Virus record (IMG/VR): IMGVR_UViG_3300020576_006994
From: an uncultured virus (IMG/VR IMGVR_UViG_3300020576_006994)
Lineage: Duplodnaviria > Heunggongvirae > Uroviricota > Caudoviricetes
Direction: 5' to 3' (one strand)
DNA length: 64,000 nucleotides
Under the pieces are notes generated by a model. It worked only from the letters and a program-made list of their open reading frames with translations, made no database searches and was not told where the DNA came from. Shown piece after piece: positions 44,198 to 54,117 of the stretch. The translations under genes were made by a program, and so were the position numbers. Every line of letters begins with the position of its first letter. The stretch's first letter is position 1.

Positions 44198-44416
44198 TTA
44201 AGAGGTTGGCTTTGCTGGGGTTTCTTCTGCGGTATAATCGCCATGACTGATCATTGACTTCTAAATATCTAGACTTCTTATGTTTAGGTTTTCTGGATGC
44301 GAATTGACAAGGCCGGTATAGATCTTTATCCAGATGTGGAGGCTGACCTCATCATTGGATCGACGGCTGTCTAGGACACTTCTAAGGTGCCTAGGATTGC
44401 ATTTATGCTTCTTCAT
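44198..44416 (-). CDS. MKKHK-type small ORF
   Basis: Starts in the ATGA overlap with repeat copy 4 (MKKHKCNPRH...); one TAG at 44261. Confidence 0.45.
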
Positions 44417-44637
44417 CCACCCCTCAACTCTTTCCAAAGCTGATCCCCAAGCTGATCCCAAAGCTGACCAACAAGCTGATTCCCAAGCTGATTCCAAAGA
44501 TGACCAACAAGCTGACCAACAAGCTGATCCCCAAGCTGACCCCCAAGCTGACCCCCAAGCTGATTCCCAAGCTGATTCCCAAGCTGATTCCCAAGCTGAC
44601 CCCCAAGCTGATTCCTGATTTGTTTATGCTTTTTCAT
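44413..44637 (-). CDS. QLxx tetrapeptide-repeat mini-protein, copy 4 (74 aa)
   Basis: Conserved head and tail with 12-bp repeats. Confidence 0.7.
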   Translation of the reverse strand: MKKHKQIRNQLGGQLGNQLGNQLGNQLGGQLGGQLGDQLVGQLVGHLWNQLGNQLVGQLWDQLGDQLWKELRGG

Positions 44638-44810
44638 CCACCCCTCAACTCATTCTCAAGCTGACCCCCAAGCTGACCCAAAAGCTGATTCCAAAGCTGA
44701 TCCCAAAGCTGATTCCAAAGCTGACCAACAAGCTGACCAACAAGCTGATCCCAAAGCTGACCAACAAGCTGATTCCCAAGCTGATTCCTAATTTGCTTAT
44801 GCTTTTTCAT
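44634..44810 (-). CDS. QLxx tetrapeptide-repeat mini-protein, copy 5 (58 aa)
   Basis: Conserved head and tail with 12-bp repeats; ATGA overlaps on both sides. Confidence 0.7.
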   Translation of the reverse strand: MKKHKQIRNQLGNQLVGQLWDQLVGQLVGQLWNQLWDQLWNQLLGQLGGQLENELRGG

Positions 44811-45485
44811 TGGCCACCAAATTTAATCTTGTGCAACTTCTTTGCAAAGTCTGGATCAAAACATGGATGGGTGTATCTGGTGTGATTCTGGATAAAATCA
44901 CGTAGCCTAATGACGTTGATGTTTCGGCTTTTTGAGTTATACTCGAGGATCTTGTTGCTTTCCTTGGCCTTGGCCACAACCCACTGCTTGATGGTTGCAA
45001 CTTCATGAGGCGTGATTTTCCACTTATTTTGAATCATAGCGGAGGCAAGGAGGTTTTTGCTAAGCAGCTCTCTGTAAAATTCGAGATTTTTAGATTTTAA
45101 ATCTCTAACCCCTCGATATTTCTTAGTTCTAGGAAGAAGATTTTGTTCATCTTTGTATCTTGTGGTGATTATAAAACTATCGGCAACGAGGTCAGAAAGG
45201 CTGTTTTTGCCTTCAGATTCGGATTCCATCATTTCAAAAATATGGAACTCAGACACGTCACGTCTCCAGGCTAATCTTCATTGATGGCCACTCAATCGTA
45301 TACTCTGGAACATAGCCGACGACCTCTTCCAGGTAGTCATCGATGAACTCGCGCAAATTCTCAATTTCTTCAATGGGCAGACCCTTTCCAGTCTCAGCGA
45401 CGTGCTCTGCTTGAGCGGCGTTTACATTCTCTTGAATTTCTTCAAAGATCTGCTGAATTTCATCCACGAGTTGACTCCCGGCCAA
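44807..45485 (-). CDS. Two hypothetical proteins (44807-45256 and 45258-45485)
   Basis: Adjacent TAG-free ORFs; GGAG before 45256. Confidence 0.55.
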
Positions 45486-45648
45486 AGAAAATTGCCTTAA
45501 ATGCGCTCTTTACGCTTAATCCCTTGCCGACCCAGTATCCTATTTGGGCAACATAAAAACAAGCCAAGAAACAGCTCATAATGAGAAAACTGTTGTTGAG
45601 AGCAAACTGAATAAGTTCTTTTTTCTGCTGTAGACTCATGGATAGAGC

Positions 45649-47226
45649 TTATATTGGAGACGGGGAGATGTCAAGGATGAATCGCTTCTTTCCGCAGTCC
45701 CATATCCTTTTAAATCCCTGCTCAGTCCTCAGCTCCAGCTCAGTTTTATTCAGGCCTCTCTCTTGAGGCTTAATCTTCATTGACTGTTTTGAATACCTTT
45801 TCTGGTTTTTTATATACGAATAATCTGGCCCGTACTCTCTATCTAAAGAAAAGCCCATCTTAAAATACACGTTTCCCTGAGAAAATCTATTGTCTGACCA
45901 AGTTACTATCCTTGCGAAACCTAATTCTTGTAACCCTGAAATGGCATGACTTAGTAGCTTAGAGGCACCTCCAGGAATTGACCATCCATCTTTAACTGAA
46001 TATCTATTCAAAACGCACTGAGTTCTGTCGTTAACCCTATGATGCCTGGAGAAAGACATCGCTGACACCAGCTCGTTTTTGTAAAAGAGTCCTAGATGTA
46101 ACAGGCCTGGCTATCCTCCCTGGATATGATTGCTTTCATGGAAAGACATCGCCTGTTTCTGCGCTATAATTCTAACCTCACATTTCCTAGCAAACACCCT
46201 GGTATCAAAAACACCAAGACGTGATTTTATCAGGTTCATTACCTGTTGCTTTCTTAGCAGCCACTCGTCCTCAAAAATAGTAAGCAGCTGGACTCCCTGG
46301 TCTGCTGCCTTAGTGAATTTATCATAGTGGCGGAGATCTTTAGCATCGCTGGTTGTTCCGTGCCAAAACAAACCGCAATACTCAATGCCAATATTTTTTT
46401 CTTTAATGAAAATATCGATCTCTTTACGGCGACCCTTGCCGCTCTTCTTAAAATAAAACTTCTCGCTTATGAAGCCAAGGGAATCGACCTCACGACGAAC
46501 GTCACTCTCATGGGTCGAAGTTCCGTTATTTAAGCACCCAGGGCACTTTTGGTGATATTTTGAGTAAAGGCTCTCTAAATTTTTGAGATGTCGAGTGTGG
46601 CCTTTCTAAAGGCACCGAAGCGTAATTGGCGTTTCTTTTATTTTTCCGTAGGTATACTTGGTGATTTCATAGCCAAGACTAGCGGCCTTCGCTGCCACCA
46701 TAGATTCTTCATTGTTTCGTCGTGGCGGTCTGCCTTGATGGAGATGACTTGCCGCTTTAGAAAAAGAAAAGCCATCTTTGCACAAAATGATATACTTAAC
46801 TTGTTTTCCTGACTAATCTATCGCAATAAATCTGTATTCGTTCCCGTCATTTGCGGGGAGCCTCTATAGGACCTGCTCTTCACTTAGTACCTTTTTCAGC
46901 TACGACAGGCGTCTATCTTGAATGTTTAATCCATGTTTGGACTATATCTTTTTTATAAATTCGTAAGATACCCCCATCTTCCTCATCTTGTTGATGGTGA
47001 ATCCGGCCTGATGCATTGACAAAACTCGCTACTCTTTTTCTGTCAAACTATTTGCAAAATAGTTATATGTAACACCAAGTTTTTTAAGCCAAGCGGTCAC
47101 CGTCATTCTGGACGTGCCTGTAGCCTAGGCAATTCTGCTAGCATCCATCCCAGCATTTGCCATAGAGACAAATGCTTCCTTTTGCTAATCAGTTATTCTT
47201 TTTATCGGCATACCTTTTCTGTTCAT
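45649..47226 (-). CDS. Putative homing endonuclease (HTH repeats + PD-(D/E)xK-like + C-terminal domain), 525 aa
   Basis: N-terminal HTH (ASRIA*ATGTSRMTVTAWLKKLG); EIDI...IGIEYCGLFWH, LLTIFEDEW, FARKCEV, TWSDNRFS, RIWDCGK; inserted after the capsid terminator. Confidence 0.65.
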
Positions 47227-47263
47227 ATAGGTAAGCTATCACAATTAGTGGGTTTTTACAAAT

Positions 47264-47290
47264 AAAAAACCCAGCCACAAAGGGCTGGGT
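47264..47290 (-). terminator. Intrinsic terminator after the major capsid gene
   Basis: ACCCAGCC-loop-GGCTGGGT followed by a T run. Confidence 0.75.
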
Positions 47291-47324
47291 AAATTTTTCA
47301 ACAACTACTTAAGTTATTGAAATA

Positions 47325-48716
47325 TCAGGGTAAAGTATTATCTACGAGTGCCGAGAAGCGGGGAAGTGCAACTTTCAATGCACAGAACCGATACCACGCG
47401 CGTGGAGTGCTGAGATCGACGCGAGCCAAATCTACACTCTTAAACGGCGACATCTCGGCGATTTCTGTTCCACGAAGGTCCAGAGCAAAGCCAGTGATGG
47501 CGAACGGCAAGCGGTTGTTCAGGTCGTTGAACACAGTTGTAGCTGCGCCCGAGTTCTTAACGCGACCGATCAGGGCTTTGCGTGTGCTGCCAGCCTGTGA
47601 ACGATAAACGTTGAAATAACGAGCAACTACACCAGCTGCGGGAGTGATTGTCAGGTTAACCTGGTTACCGCTAGCTGCGATTGTAACCGCAGAAGTAGCC
47701 GACTCAGGTCCTTCACCGCGATCACCAACTGCAGTTACGCTGTACTGGTACACTTCGTTGATGAGCAGCGAAGTTGTGCTAGCAGCCTGCGCGTTAGCGA
47801 AAGTCGGTGCATTCGGAGTGCCAACTCGAGCACGGGCAGCTGAAGTCTTTGCAGACAAGAAGCGGCTCGATTCGATTGACATAACGCCGTCAGCAACGAA
47901 CTGCTCTTTCAGAGAAGCGCCTGTAGCTTTCTGGGGCGAACCAGCAAGTACGATACGCTCTTTGTTGAAAGAGATTTTGTTGTATGCCGAGTGAGTGAGA
48001 GGATCGATGTAGATCTTCTCGGGCTGACCGTTACGCATTTGCGCCTGAGAATATACATCCTCAATGGTGCTCTGCGAGAGAACGCCAGCTTGGTTGATAG
48101 CAACCGAGTTGTCGCCACCGTACTCAGACATCATCAGATCCTTAGTAGAATCTTCAAAGTCCGAAGAGCGGATTTGTGGGTCGAGACCCATCATGCCAGC
48201 TTCGTCAGCCGACATAGCGAGCGGGTTACCATCAAAAACACCTGCGTTTGAATACATCGCTTTACCACGGAAAAGGTGGAATTCGATATCCATTGCAAGC
48301 TTGATAGCGGCATCAGCAGCCAAGCGATCTTCTGGTTTAACACCGTCGAAAGTCTCAACGAGCTCCGACTGAAGTGTGTGACGGCGAGTATGAACATAGT
48401 ACGCCATCGGAACTACCGCACGAACGATAGTAGATGTTTCGTCTTGTCCAACGCCACCCTCAAGGGCAGCCGATCCACCGTTTACACCGTAGTCAAGCTG
48501 ACGGTTAAACTGAACGAGTGTCGACTTAACAGGAACGACTTTGAAAAGCTTTTGAAGCTTAATCTTGTCGTCGCTGATTGTCGCAACGTTCATAATTGGG
48601 CTCAGATCTTCTGTCTGAAGGGCAGAGCCTTGTGTCAAAGATCCAGGAGCAGCGTTATATCCGCCTGCTTCCAGGGCCTTTTTGAGTTCTTCAAATTTCT
48701 GGGTAATAGCGTCCAC
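47325..48716 (-). CDS. Major capsid protein (463 aa)
   Basis: ELKKALEAG...GSALQTEDL N-terminus and DIEFHLFRG resemble SPO1/Twort-type capsid proteins. Position after protease and scaffold; TAG-free; AAGGAG RBS and a downstream terminator. Confidence 0.85.
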   Translation of the reverse strand: MDAITQKFEELKKALEAGGYNAAPGSLTQGSALQTEDLSPIMNVATISDDKIKLQKLFKVVPVKSTLVQFNRQLDYGVNGGSAALEGGVGQDETSTIVRAVVPMAYYVHTRRHTLQSELVETFDGVKPEDRLAADAAIKLAMDIEFHLFRGKAMYSNAGVFDGNPLAMSADEAGMMGLDPQIRSSDFEDSTKDLMMSEYGGDNSVAINQAGVLSQSTIEDVYSQAQMRNGQPEKIYIDPLTHSAYNKISFNKERIVLAGSPQKATGASLKEQFVADGVMSIESSRFLSAKTSAARARVGTPNAPTFANAQAASTTSLLINEVYQYSVTAVGDRGEGPESATSAVTIAASGNQVNLTITPAAGVVARYFNVYRSQAGSTRKALIGRVKNSGAATTVFNDLNNRLPFAITGFALDLRGTEIAEMSPFKSVDLARVDLSTPRAWYRFCALKVALPRFSALVDNTLP

Positions 48717-48730
48717 AGCTTACTCCTTAA

Positions 48731-49546
48731 TTATTTTAAAGCAATCTTGATAACTGTTTCGTTTCGTTTCTTTCCGCCAACAAAGTATTCGCTGACAGCA
48801 TTCTGTTCTGATTTGGTGAGGGTGGCGAGTTTCTTCATATCGCCAGCTACTCCCCGAAGTCGCGCTTCTAGCTCTCGGTCATCGATCTGTGGAGATTCAG
48901 ATTTCTTCAGCTCGTCTCCACGAGGAACGATGTCAACGCTAGTTACAGCCTTAGCCACAGGACGGCGAGCGGCTTTTTGTACCAACTCCGTCATTTCCTC
49001 AAAAGCCTTAGACAGTTTTGAAATCTGTTGTTGTGCTTCTGCGAGATCTTTCTGTGTCTTTTTCAGCTCTTCCGATTCTTCTTTTTCTGATTTGCCCATA
49101 GACATCTCAGGTGAAGCTTCGGGTGCAGGAGCAGATTGATCCATTTCTGGAGCTTGCTCAGGCGGAGCTTCTTCTTGGGGCTGTCGCATTTGCATTTCCT
49201 GCATGATAGCTTCATGCAATTCTTGCAACATGCTGTCGTCCAACTCTTTTACCATATCAGCTAAGCCAGCGCCTTCTTGGGGAGCTTCAGGAGCTGCATC
49301 CATTTCTGGAGCAGGTTCAGCCGGAGCTTCCATTTCTGGAGACTGGTTTTCGTAATGCGACGAAGATTCGTCGTCTTTTTCAAGTTTAGAATCTTCTTTC
49401 TTCGACTCTTCCTTGCTCTCTTCTTTCTTCGACTTCTCTTCTGATTTATGAAGTTTTTCAACTTCAGCTTTCAAAAGTTTATCGATTTCTGCAGTTGCTT
49501 CCGCGATGAGAGCCTGGACGTCGAGTGCTTGTGCTGTATTAGACAT
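48731..49546 (-). CDS. Putative scaffolding protein
   Basis: Acidic, coiled-coil and Pro-rich; multiple xKSE motifs; immediately upstream of the capsid gene. Confidence 0.65.
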   Translation of the reverse strand: MSNTAQALDVQALIAEATAEIDKLLKAEVEKLHKSEEKSKKEESKEESKKEDSKLEKDDESSSHYENQSPEMEAPAEPAPEMDAAPEAPQEGAGLADMVKELDDSMLQELHEAIMQEMQMRQPQEEAPPEQAPEMDQSAPAPEASPEMSMGKSEKEESEELKKTQKDLAEAQQQISKLSKAFEEMTELVQKAARRPVAKAVTSVDIVPRGDELKKSESPQIDDRELEARLRGVAGDMKKLATLTKSEQNAVSEYFVGGKKRNETVIKIALK

Positions 49547-49573
49547 ATTGTACCTCGACAATCCTAAGAGTTA

Positions 49574-50047
49574 TTATTGACCCGACATTGGCCACTTGAT
49601 GTCTGGCATCAAATCGCCTTGTTTTGTTGCAGTTGCAACCGAACCATCAGCCGAGAACATTGCAGCTGTAGGCTGAACAGTGTTAGCAGTGAGGTAGAGC
49701 TCTGAACGCAGACCTGCGCGACCGAGGTCAGAAGCGATTTCAGCCCAACGGAGCGACGAGAGAACCGCGATTCCAGCGATTGTCGAAGATTCCATGATAA
49801 GCTGACACTTCATCGGCGAATAAGCAGCTTGTGCTTGGCCAATACCGTTGTCGAATTGCGTCTCTACACCGAGAATTCGGATGCAGATAGCTGCTTCGCC
49901 AGTTGCCCAGGCAGAGTCCTGGTTAATGACGAGAATTTGACCTTTTGCATCACTTGACTCGCTGAAGAGCCACGTAGCGGGGAATCGCTTTTGCAGGTCT
50001 CCTTTGAGTTGCTTAATCAATGATTGCGATTTTGCGAGTGCAGACAT
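49574..50047 (-). CDS. Putative head structural/decoration protein (157 aa)
   Basis: AAGGAG RBS, TAG-free, in the capsid operon; motif variant TTA-N10-GTAATA at 50136-50154. Confidence 0.5.
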   Translation of the reverse strand: MSALAKSQSLIKQLKGDLQKRFPATWLFSESSDAKGQILVINQDSAWATGEAAICIRILGVETQFDNGIGQAQAAYSPMKCQLIMESSTIAGIAVLSSLRWAEIASDLGRAGLRSELYLTANTVQPTAAMFSADGSVATATKQGDLMPDIKWPMSGQ

Positions 50048-50161
50048 TGTTACTCCTTGTTATTTCCGCGATAAGTTCGCGTAACTTTTAGTTTCTAAAG
50101 CAAAAAGGGCGTAAACCCTTGACGACATTGAGAGTTATTACCGTGGCCCTGTAAGTGACGA

Positions 50162-51091
50162 TTATTTACAGTTTTTTTGAGGGGTTACGAGAAGCTTATA
50201 TGCCTCCTTAGCCTCCTCTTCACATTTCTTAAGGTAGGCGACTTTCAGCGCCTTCTCCATTTTTTCGGCCTAGTCGTCTGACAGGTCCGGGTATTTAGCC
50301 AAAATCTCTGCCTTTTTCGCCGGCTTCTTAAAAAGACCAAAGACTTTCTAAAGTGCATCGCCGCCTGTTCTAGAAGATGGGGCTCCCATTCCTGAACCAG
50401 CAGTGAGTGCCTTTTTTAGGTCCTCAATGGCATTCTTAAGTCCGTGATCGTTCAGTGGTGATGCCACTTCAGACAAAAGCTGAGCATTGATTGATTTATG
50501 CAGGGGCTCAAAGCCGTCCACGGAAGCCGTTTTACGCATTGGCTTGAGGGCTTGTGACGCTTGATCGTCCTGCACTACATCAATTCTAGCAGCTTTAAAG
50601 GCTGGCTTAAGGGTTAAAGCTAATTTTCTGATAACAGTTTTCTTAAGATAAGGGCCTTCGCGATGAAGGGTTGAGCCTTCAACGGATAGACCTAGCTTGG
50701 TGTCTTTGTCTTTAGACAGGAGGCGAGCAAGTGAGGCTGCGGCCCGAGCATTGTCATGGGCCTCAGGTCCATCAAACAAGGTAACTTGGCCATATATGAG
50801 AGGGACGCCAAGGTTTTTTAGAGCCTAAAGCTCGCGATCAGTTTTACAGTCTTCTTTTGTGAAGATTTTCCTGGCCCAGTTCACCTTTCCAACGACAGCC
50901 TGGAATCCCTTAAAGTCGCCATCGGCTTTTTCTATGTCTTCTGGGTTGGTGTGTTCTGTATTAACAAAGGCGGTGCCATCATTTAATGAGCTTATGTCTG
51001 CACCCTTAACGTCCAAGACTTCGCCTGAAGTATCTGGGCTTTGGGCGGAGAAAACACCTTCTAAAATAACGTTTTTCTTGAGGTTTTGCAC
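50162..51091 (-). CDS. Prohead protease (309 aa, 3 TAG)
   Basis: ILEGVFS...DTSGEVL...VNTEH, LGLSVEG, LALTLKP; promoter motif at 51100-51118. Confidence 0.8.
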
Positions 51092-51222
51092 AATGTAGGA
51101 ATTACCATGGCGCCGTAAAGCATGAAAAAGCCTTAAATGATGAGGGGTTACGTCTCAAAGTGATAAATAGGGTTGATTTTTTTAGTAGCACTAATGGTAT
51201 TATTTTCATATCGGAGGCACGC

Positions 51223-51510
51223 ATGACTAAGAAACAAAGATTGGCGAAGTTACTGAAGGCGGCTGAGGATTTGCAATATAATCGTATGGGCCTCTATGCG
51301 CTCAACCGATTGCAAAAATTTTCTTGCAATGCTGTTTCCGCAAGGCTAGAACGTCTTGGGTCAAATGAACGAACTGCCTACGACGAAGCGGTAGCGGCCA
51401 ACCGGTCATCAAAAGACCTTCGCGACGAGTACACCGAGCAATCGCAGCTAGCTCGTCAATTGGCGGTGCTTATGTACCGTGAAGGAATCAAAAGGGGGAA
51501 GTATGACTAA
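51223..51510 (+). CDS. Hypothetical protein, tandem paralog A
   Basis: GGAGG RBS; shares RLAKLL, SCNAV and YTEQSQLARQLAVLMYREGIKRGKYD with the next gene. Confidence 0.7.
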   Translation: MTKKQRLAKLLKAAEDLQYNRMGLYALNRLQKFSCNAVSARLERLGSNERTAYDEAVAANRSSKDLRDEYTEQSQLARQLAVLMYREGIKRGKYD

Positions 51511-51793
51511 GAGGCAGAAGAGATTAGCGAAGTTACTAAGGGCGGCCAAGAGGCTTCACTACGATAGTAAGGTGATTCCTATATCGTACAATAAGTATTC
51601 TTGTAATGCAGTCGAGCGAGCATTCGGTGCCTATATAGACCCGTCTGCGGAGCTGGTTGCCTACGATGAGTCTGTTGGAGCCTCAATGTCAGCATATGAC
51701 TTATACTGGACCTATACTGAGCAATCGCAGCTCGCCCGTCAACTCGCAGTGCTCATGTATCGTGAAGGTATCAAAAGAGGTAAATATGACTAA
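51503..51793 (+). CDS. Hypothetical protein, tandem paralog B
   Basis: Paralog of 51223-51510 with the same C-terminal peptide. Confidence 0.7.
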   Translation: MTKRQKRLAKLLRAAKRLHYDSKVIPISYNKYSCNAVERAFGAYIDPSAELVAYDESVGASMSAYDLYWTYTEQSQLARQLAVLMYREGIKRGKYD

Positions 51794-52001
51794 GAAAGCA
51801 TTTCAATATCGTATGAAAATGACACGAGAGGAATTGTTGGCGCATTATTTGAGGCTTAAAGAGCTTCAGGCCGAAACTGCACGGTTTTTGCCCGAGTACC
51901 AAGTCGGCGCCTCACAAGAAGAAAAAGAGGTCCTCAGCATGATGCTCGAATTGCTGGATGCCATGTCCAGTCTTGAGAAGTCTCGAAAAGAAACAGCCTG
52001 A
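51786..52001 (+). CDS. Hypothetical protein (71 aa)
   Basis: GAGG RBS; starts ATGACTAAG like the two preceding genes. Confidence 0.55.
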   Translation: MTKKAFQYRMKMTREELLAHYLRLKELQAETARFLPEYQVGASQEEKEVLSMMLELLDAMSSLEKSRKETA

Positions 52002-52020
52002 GGCATTTGTGGGGTATTAT

Positions 52021-52049
52021 TTGACGCCCCACTTTCTAAGGTGTATAAT
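52021..52049 (+). promoter_or_regulatory. Sigma70-type promoter
   Basis: TTGACG-17 bp-TATAAT followed by a GGAGG RBS. Confidence 0.8.
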
Positions 52050-52066
52050 TGAAAGCGGAGGTACAC

Positions 52067-52809
52067 ATGAACTATCCAGGCGGTTTCGGAATTCTTAAAG
52101 CGACAACCTTTTACACGGTGGTTACAATTGAAAGCATGCTTAAAAGCAAGTCGCTCCAAATGGACCCTAACACCCGAGCGGAGCTTGTCGACCTTTTGGA
52201 ATATGTGAAAAGCGCTGTGGATCGGGCCGATGATATGACTGAAAATGGAACGGCGCCCGAGCATCACAAAATGTTGATGGCGGAAGAGGCAAAGGCGAGT
52301 GAACCATATTGTGTTAGCCCCGACCATGGTGTTATTGAGACAAAAGAACAATTCGACGCTCTGATGGAAGAGGCAGGTTCTTTTTACAGACATTTCGGGT
52401 AAAACACATGTAACTATGAGAAGAAATAGGAGGATATGTGTTGTTATTTTCACTTTTTTTCGGTGGTTTTTTAGTACTTATGATGTATGCCTCTTACAGA
52501 GATAATCTCGATGCAAAAATGTTTGCGGCTGAACAGAATAGGCAAAATCAAGATTTCTTGAAGACTAATGAGGGTAAAACCGCTCTTGTTCTTTTCCAAG
52601 AAATTTCAGGTAAAACCCATGTGTGCGTGTGCGGACCGTTTACGGCTGGAATTGAAACGTGGCATTTAAGCCGGGATATTCGGATTACGGCCATAGAAAA
52701 AGCGAACGAGTACCTAGATAGAAGTATGGAAAGGGGATTCTTTGAAAACTCCAATAGAGAGCGCTTTCCGATGTGCAATGTGACAAAAGCCTGGGTTGTA
52801 GAGGCGTAA
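52067..52809 (+). CDS. Two hypothetical early proteins (52067-52402; 52438-52809 with an N-terminal TM helix)
   Basis: RBS-preceded, TAG-free ORFs downstream of the sigma70 promoter. Confidence 0.6.
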
Positions 52810-52813
52810 ACGG

Positions 52814-53026
52814 ATGAAAAAGCATAAGCAAATTAGGAATCAGCTTGGGAATCAGCTTGGGGATCAGCTTAGGGATCAGCTTAGGGATCAGCTTGGGAAT
52901 CAGCTTAGGAATCAGCTTAGGGATCAGCTTGTTGGTCAGCTTGGGGGTCAGCTTTGGGGTCAGCTTAGGGGTCAGCTTAGTAATCAGCTTGTTGGTCAGC
53001 TTTGGAAAGAGTTGAGGGGTGGATGA
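52814..53026 (+). CDS. QLxx tetrapeptide-repeat mini-protein, copy 6 (70 aa)
   Basis: Conserved head and tail with 12-bp repeats. Confidence 0.7.
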   Translation: MKKHKQIRNQLGNQLGDQLRDQLRDQLGNQLRNQLRDQLVGQLGGQLWGQLRGQLSNQLVGQLWKELRGG

Positions 53027-53274
53027 TGATTAAATCTTTTGTAGAATTTATGATTGTTGTAATGGCGTTTTTTATAGCTCTTGCACTCATGTCATCGTGT
53101 GCCATGGGGGCTGACATGAGCATCTACGACTCAGTATCAAAAAAAGATAGCGTGGTGGTTGAGGCTGAGTGCGACTCTGGAGTCAATCACAGGCTGCTTG
53201 TGAAAAAAGCATACATAAACAAAAACCCAGACGCAATTGCGACCTGGGTCCTGGATGTCTGTAAAGAGCGATAA
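53023..53274 (+). CDS. Small exported/lipoprotein-like protein
   Basis: Hydrophobic N-terminus ending LMSSC; starts in the ATGA overlap of repeat copy 6. Confidence 0.5.
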   Translation: MMIKSFVEFMIVVMAFFIALALMSSCAMGADMSIYDSVSKKDSVVVEAECDSGVNHRLLVKKAYINKNPDAIATWVLDVCKER

Positions 53275-53277
53275 CTG

Positions 53278-54117
53278 TTACTTCTTTCTCTGGGCTGAAT
53301 GCTCGTCGTGTGGCAGGCCTGTCTGCGGATCAATCCCTTTATAGACGATCTTTCCTGAATCATCAAGCCCGAATCCAGGCAGAAGGAAGGTGAGGACGTG
53401 GCGACATCCGAAATGTGATAAATTGAGGGTTGGAACCCACTCTTTCTTTGGGTCTCCGTATCCTGGCTTAAGCTCTGACAGCTTATAGACTTTTGGCTTC
53501 TCTATATTTCCTTCAGTGTGCCATAGGTGCAGGCAAATTGGTTCAATTCTGTCATCAATTACGCCATATTTTAACACGGTAGGATCTTCAATTCCAAGAG
53601 CCTTTGATGCGCCCATGATTCCGGAAATCTATCCCATATTCTGTGCGCCGATTGTTTCTGCAGCAACTATTTTTTCAGTGGCAGTTACAACCTTATCGAA
53701 TTGATCACCAAGTTGAACTGTTAGCTATTTTACTATCTGCTTGCCTTCTGGAGAAAGAAGTAGCTCTCGCTCGCTCTGTCCTAGCATTTTTGCCTTGATT
53801 GTCACTCCATCAAGTGATGCCCCAATAATTCTCATTACGTCCGCAGTGGCTTGCTGCTCTGCCTTATCGATGTACTCACCTGCAACCTTTATAGTTTTTT
53901 CAAGGAGATCCTTGTCAAACGTGTCGGGCGTGTGGTGCATAGAGTGGGCATGCATGTACATGCCCTTTAAGGTGTCTGCGAATTTAAAATTCTTGATGTG
54001 CTCCGGCTCAATCTTATCCCGCCCCTCAACACCCAGCAAATGAAGCCTGACAAGATCGAACATTCGCTCAATCTTAGTCTTGATTTCCTACTGTAGGGCA
54101 TCTGATGCAAATTTCAC
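53278..54117 (-). CDS. Head morphogenesis (MuF/SPP1 gp7-like) protein (279 aa, 3 TAG)
   Basis: GTG overlapping the upstream TGA; DDRIEPIC...SHFGCRHVL; located downstream of the portal. Confidence 0.65.

Noticed and set aside
18774..48372. Numerous plus-strand ORFs in the track opposite structural genes (e.g. 20819, 23188, 35040, 47644, 48064)
   Set aside because: These are antisense shadows of long minus-strand genes, with no recognisable motifs.
4455..53026. 12-bp repeat tracts as CRISPR arrays
   Set aside because: The units are directly tandem with no unique spacers, they keep an open reading frame, and no cas genes are visible.
4455..53026. Repeat cassettes as DGR template/variable repeats
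   Set aside because: The A in CAG is almost invariant, copies differ by unit number and order, and no reverse transcriptase is visible in the window.
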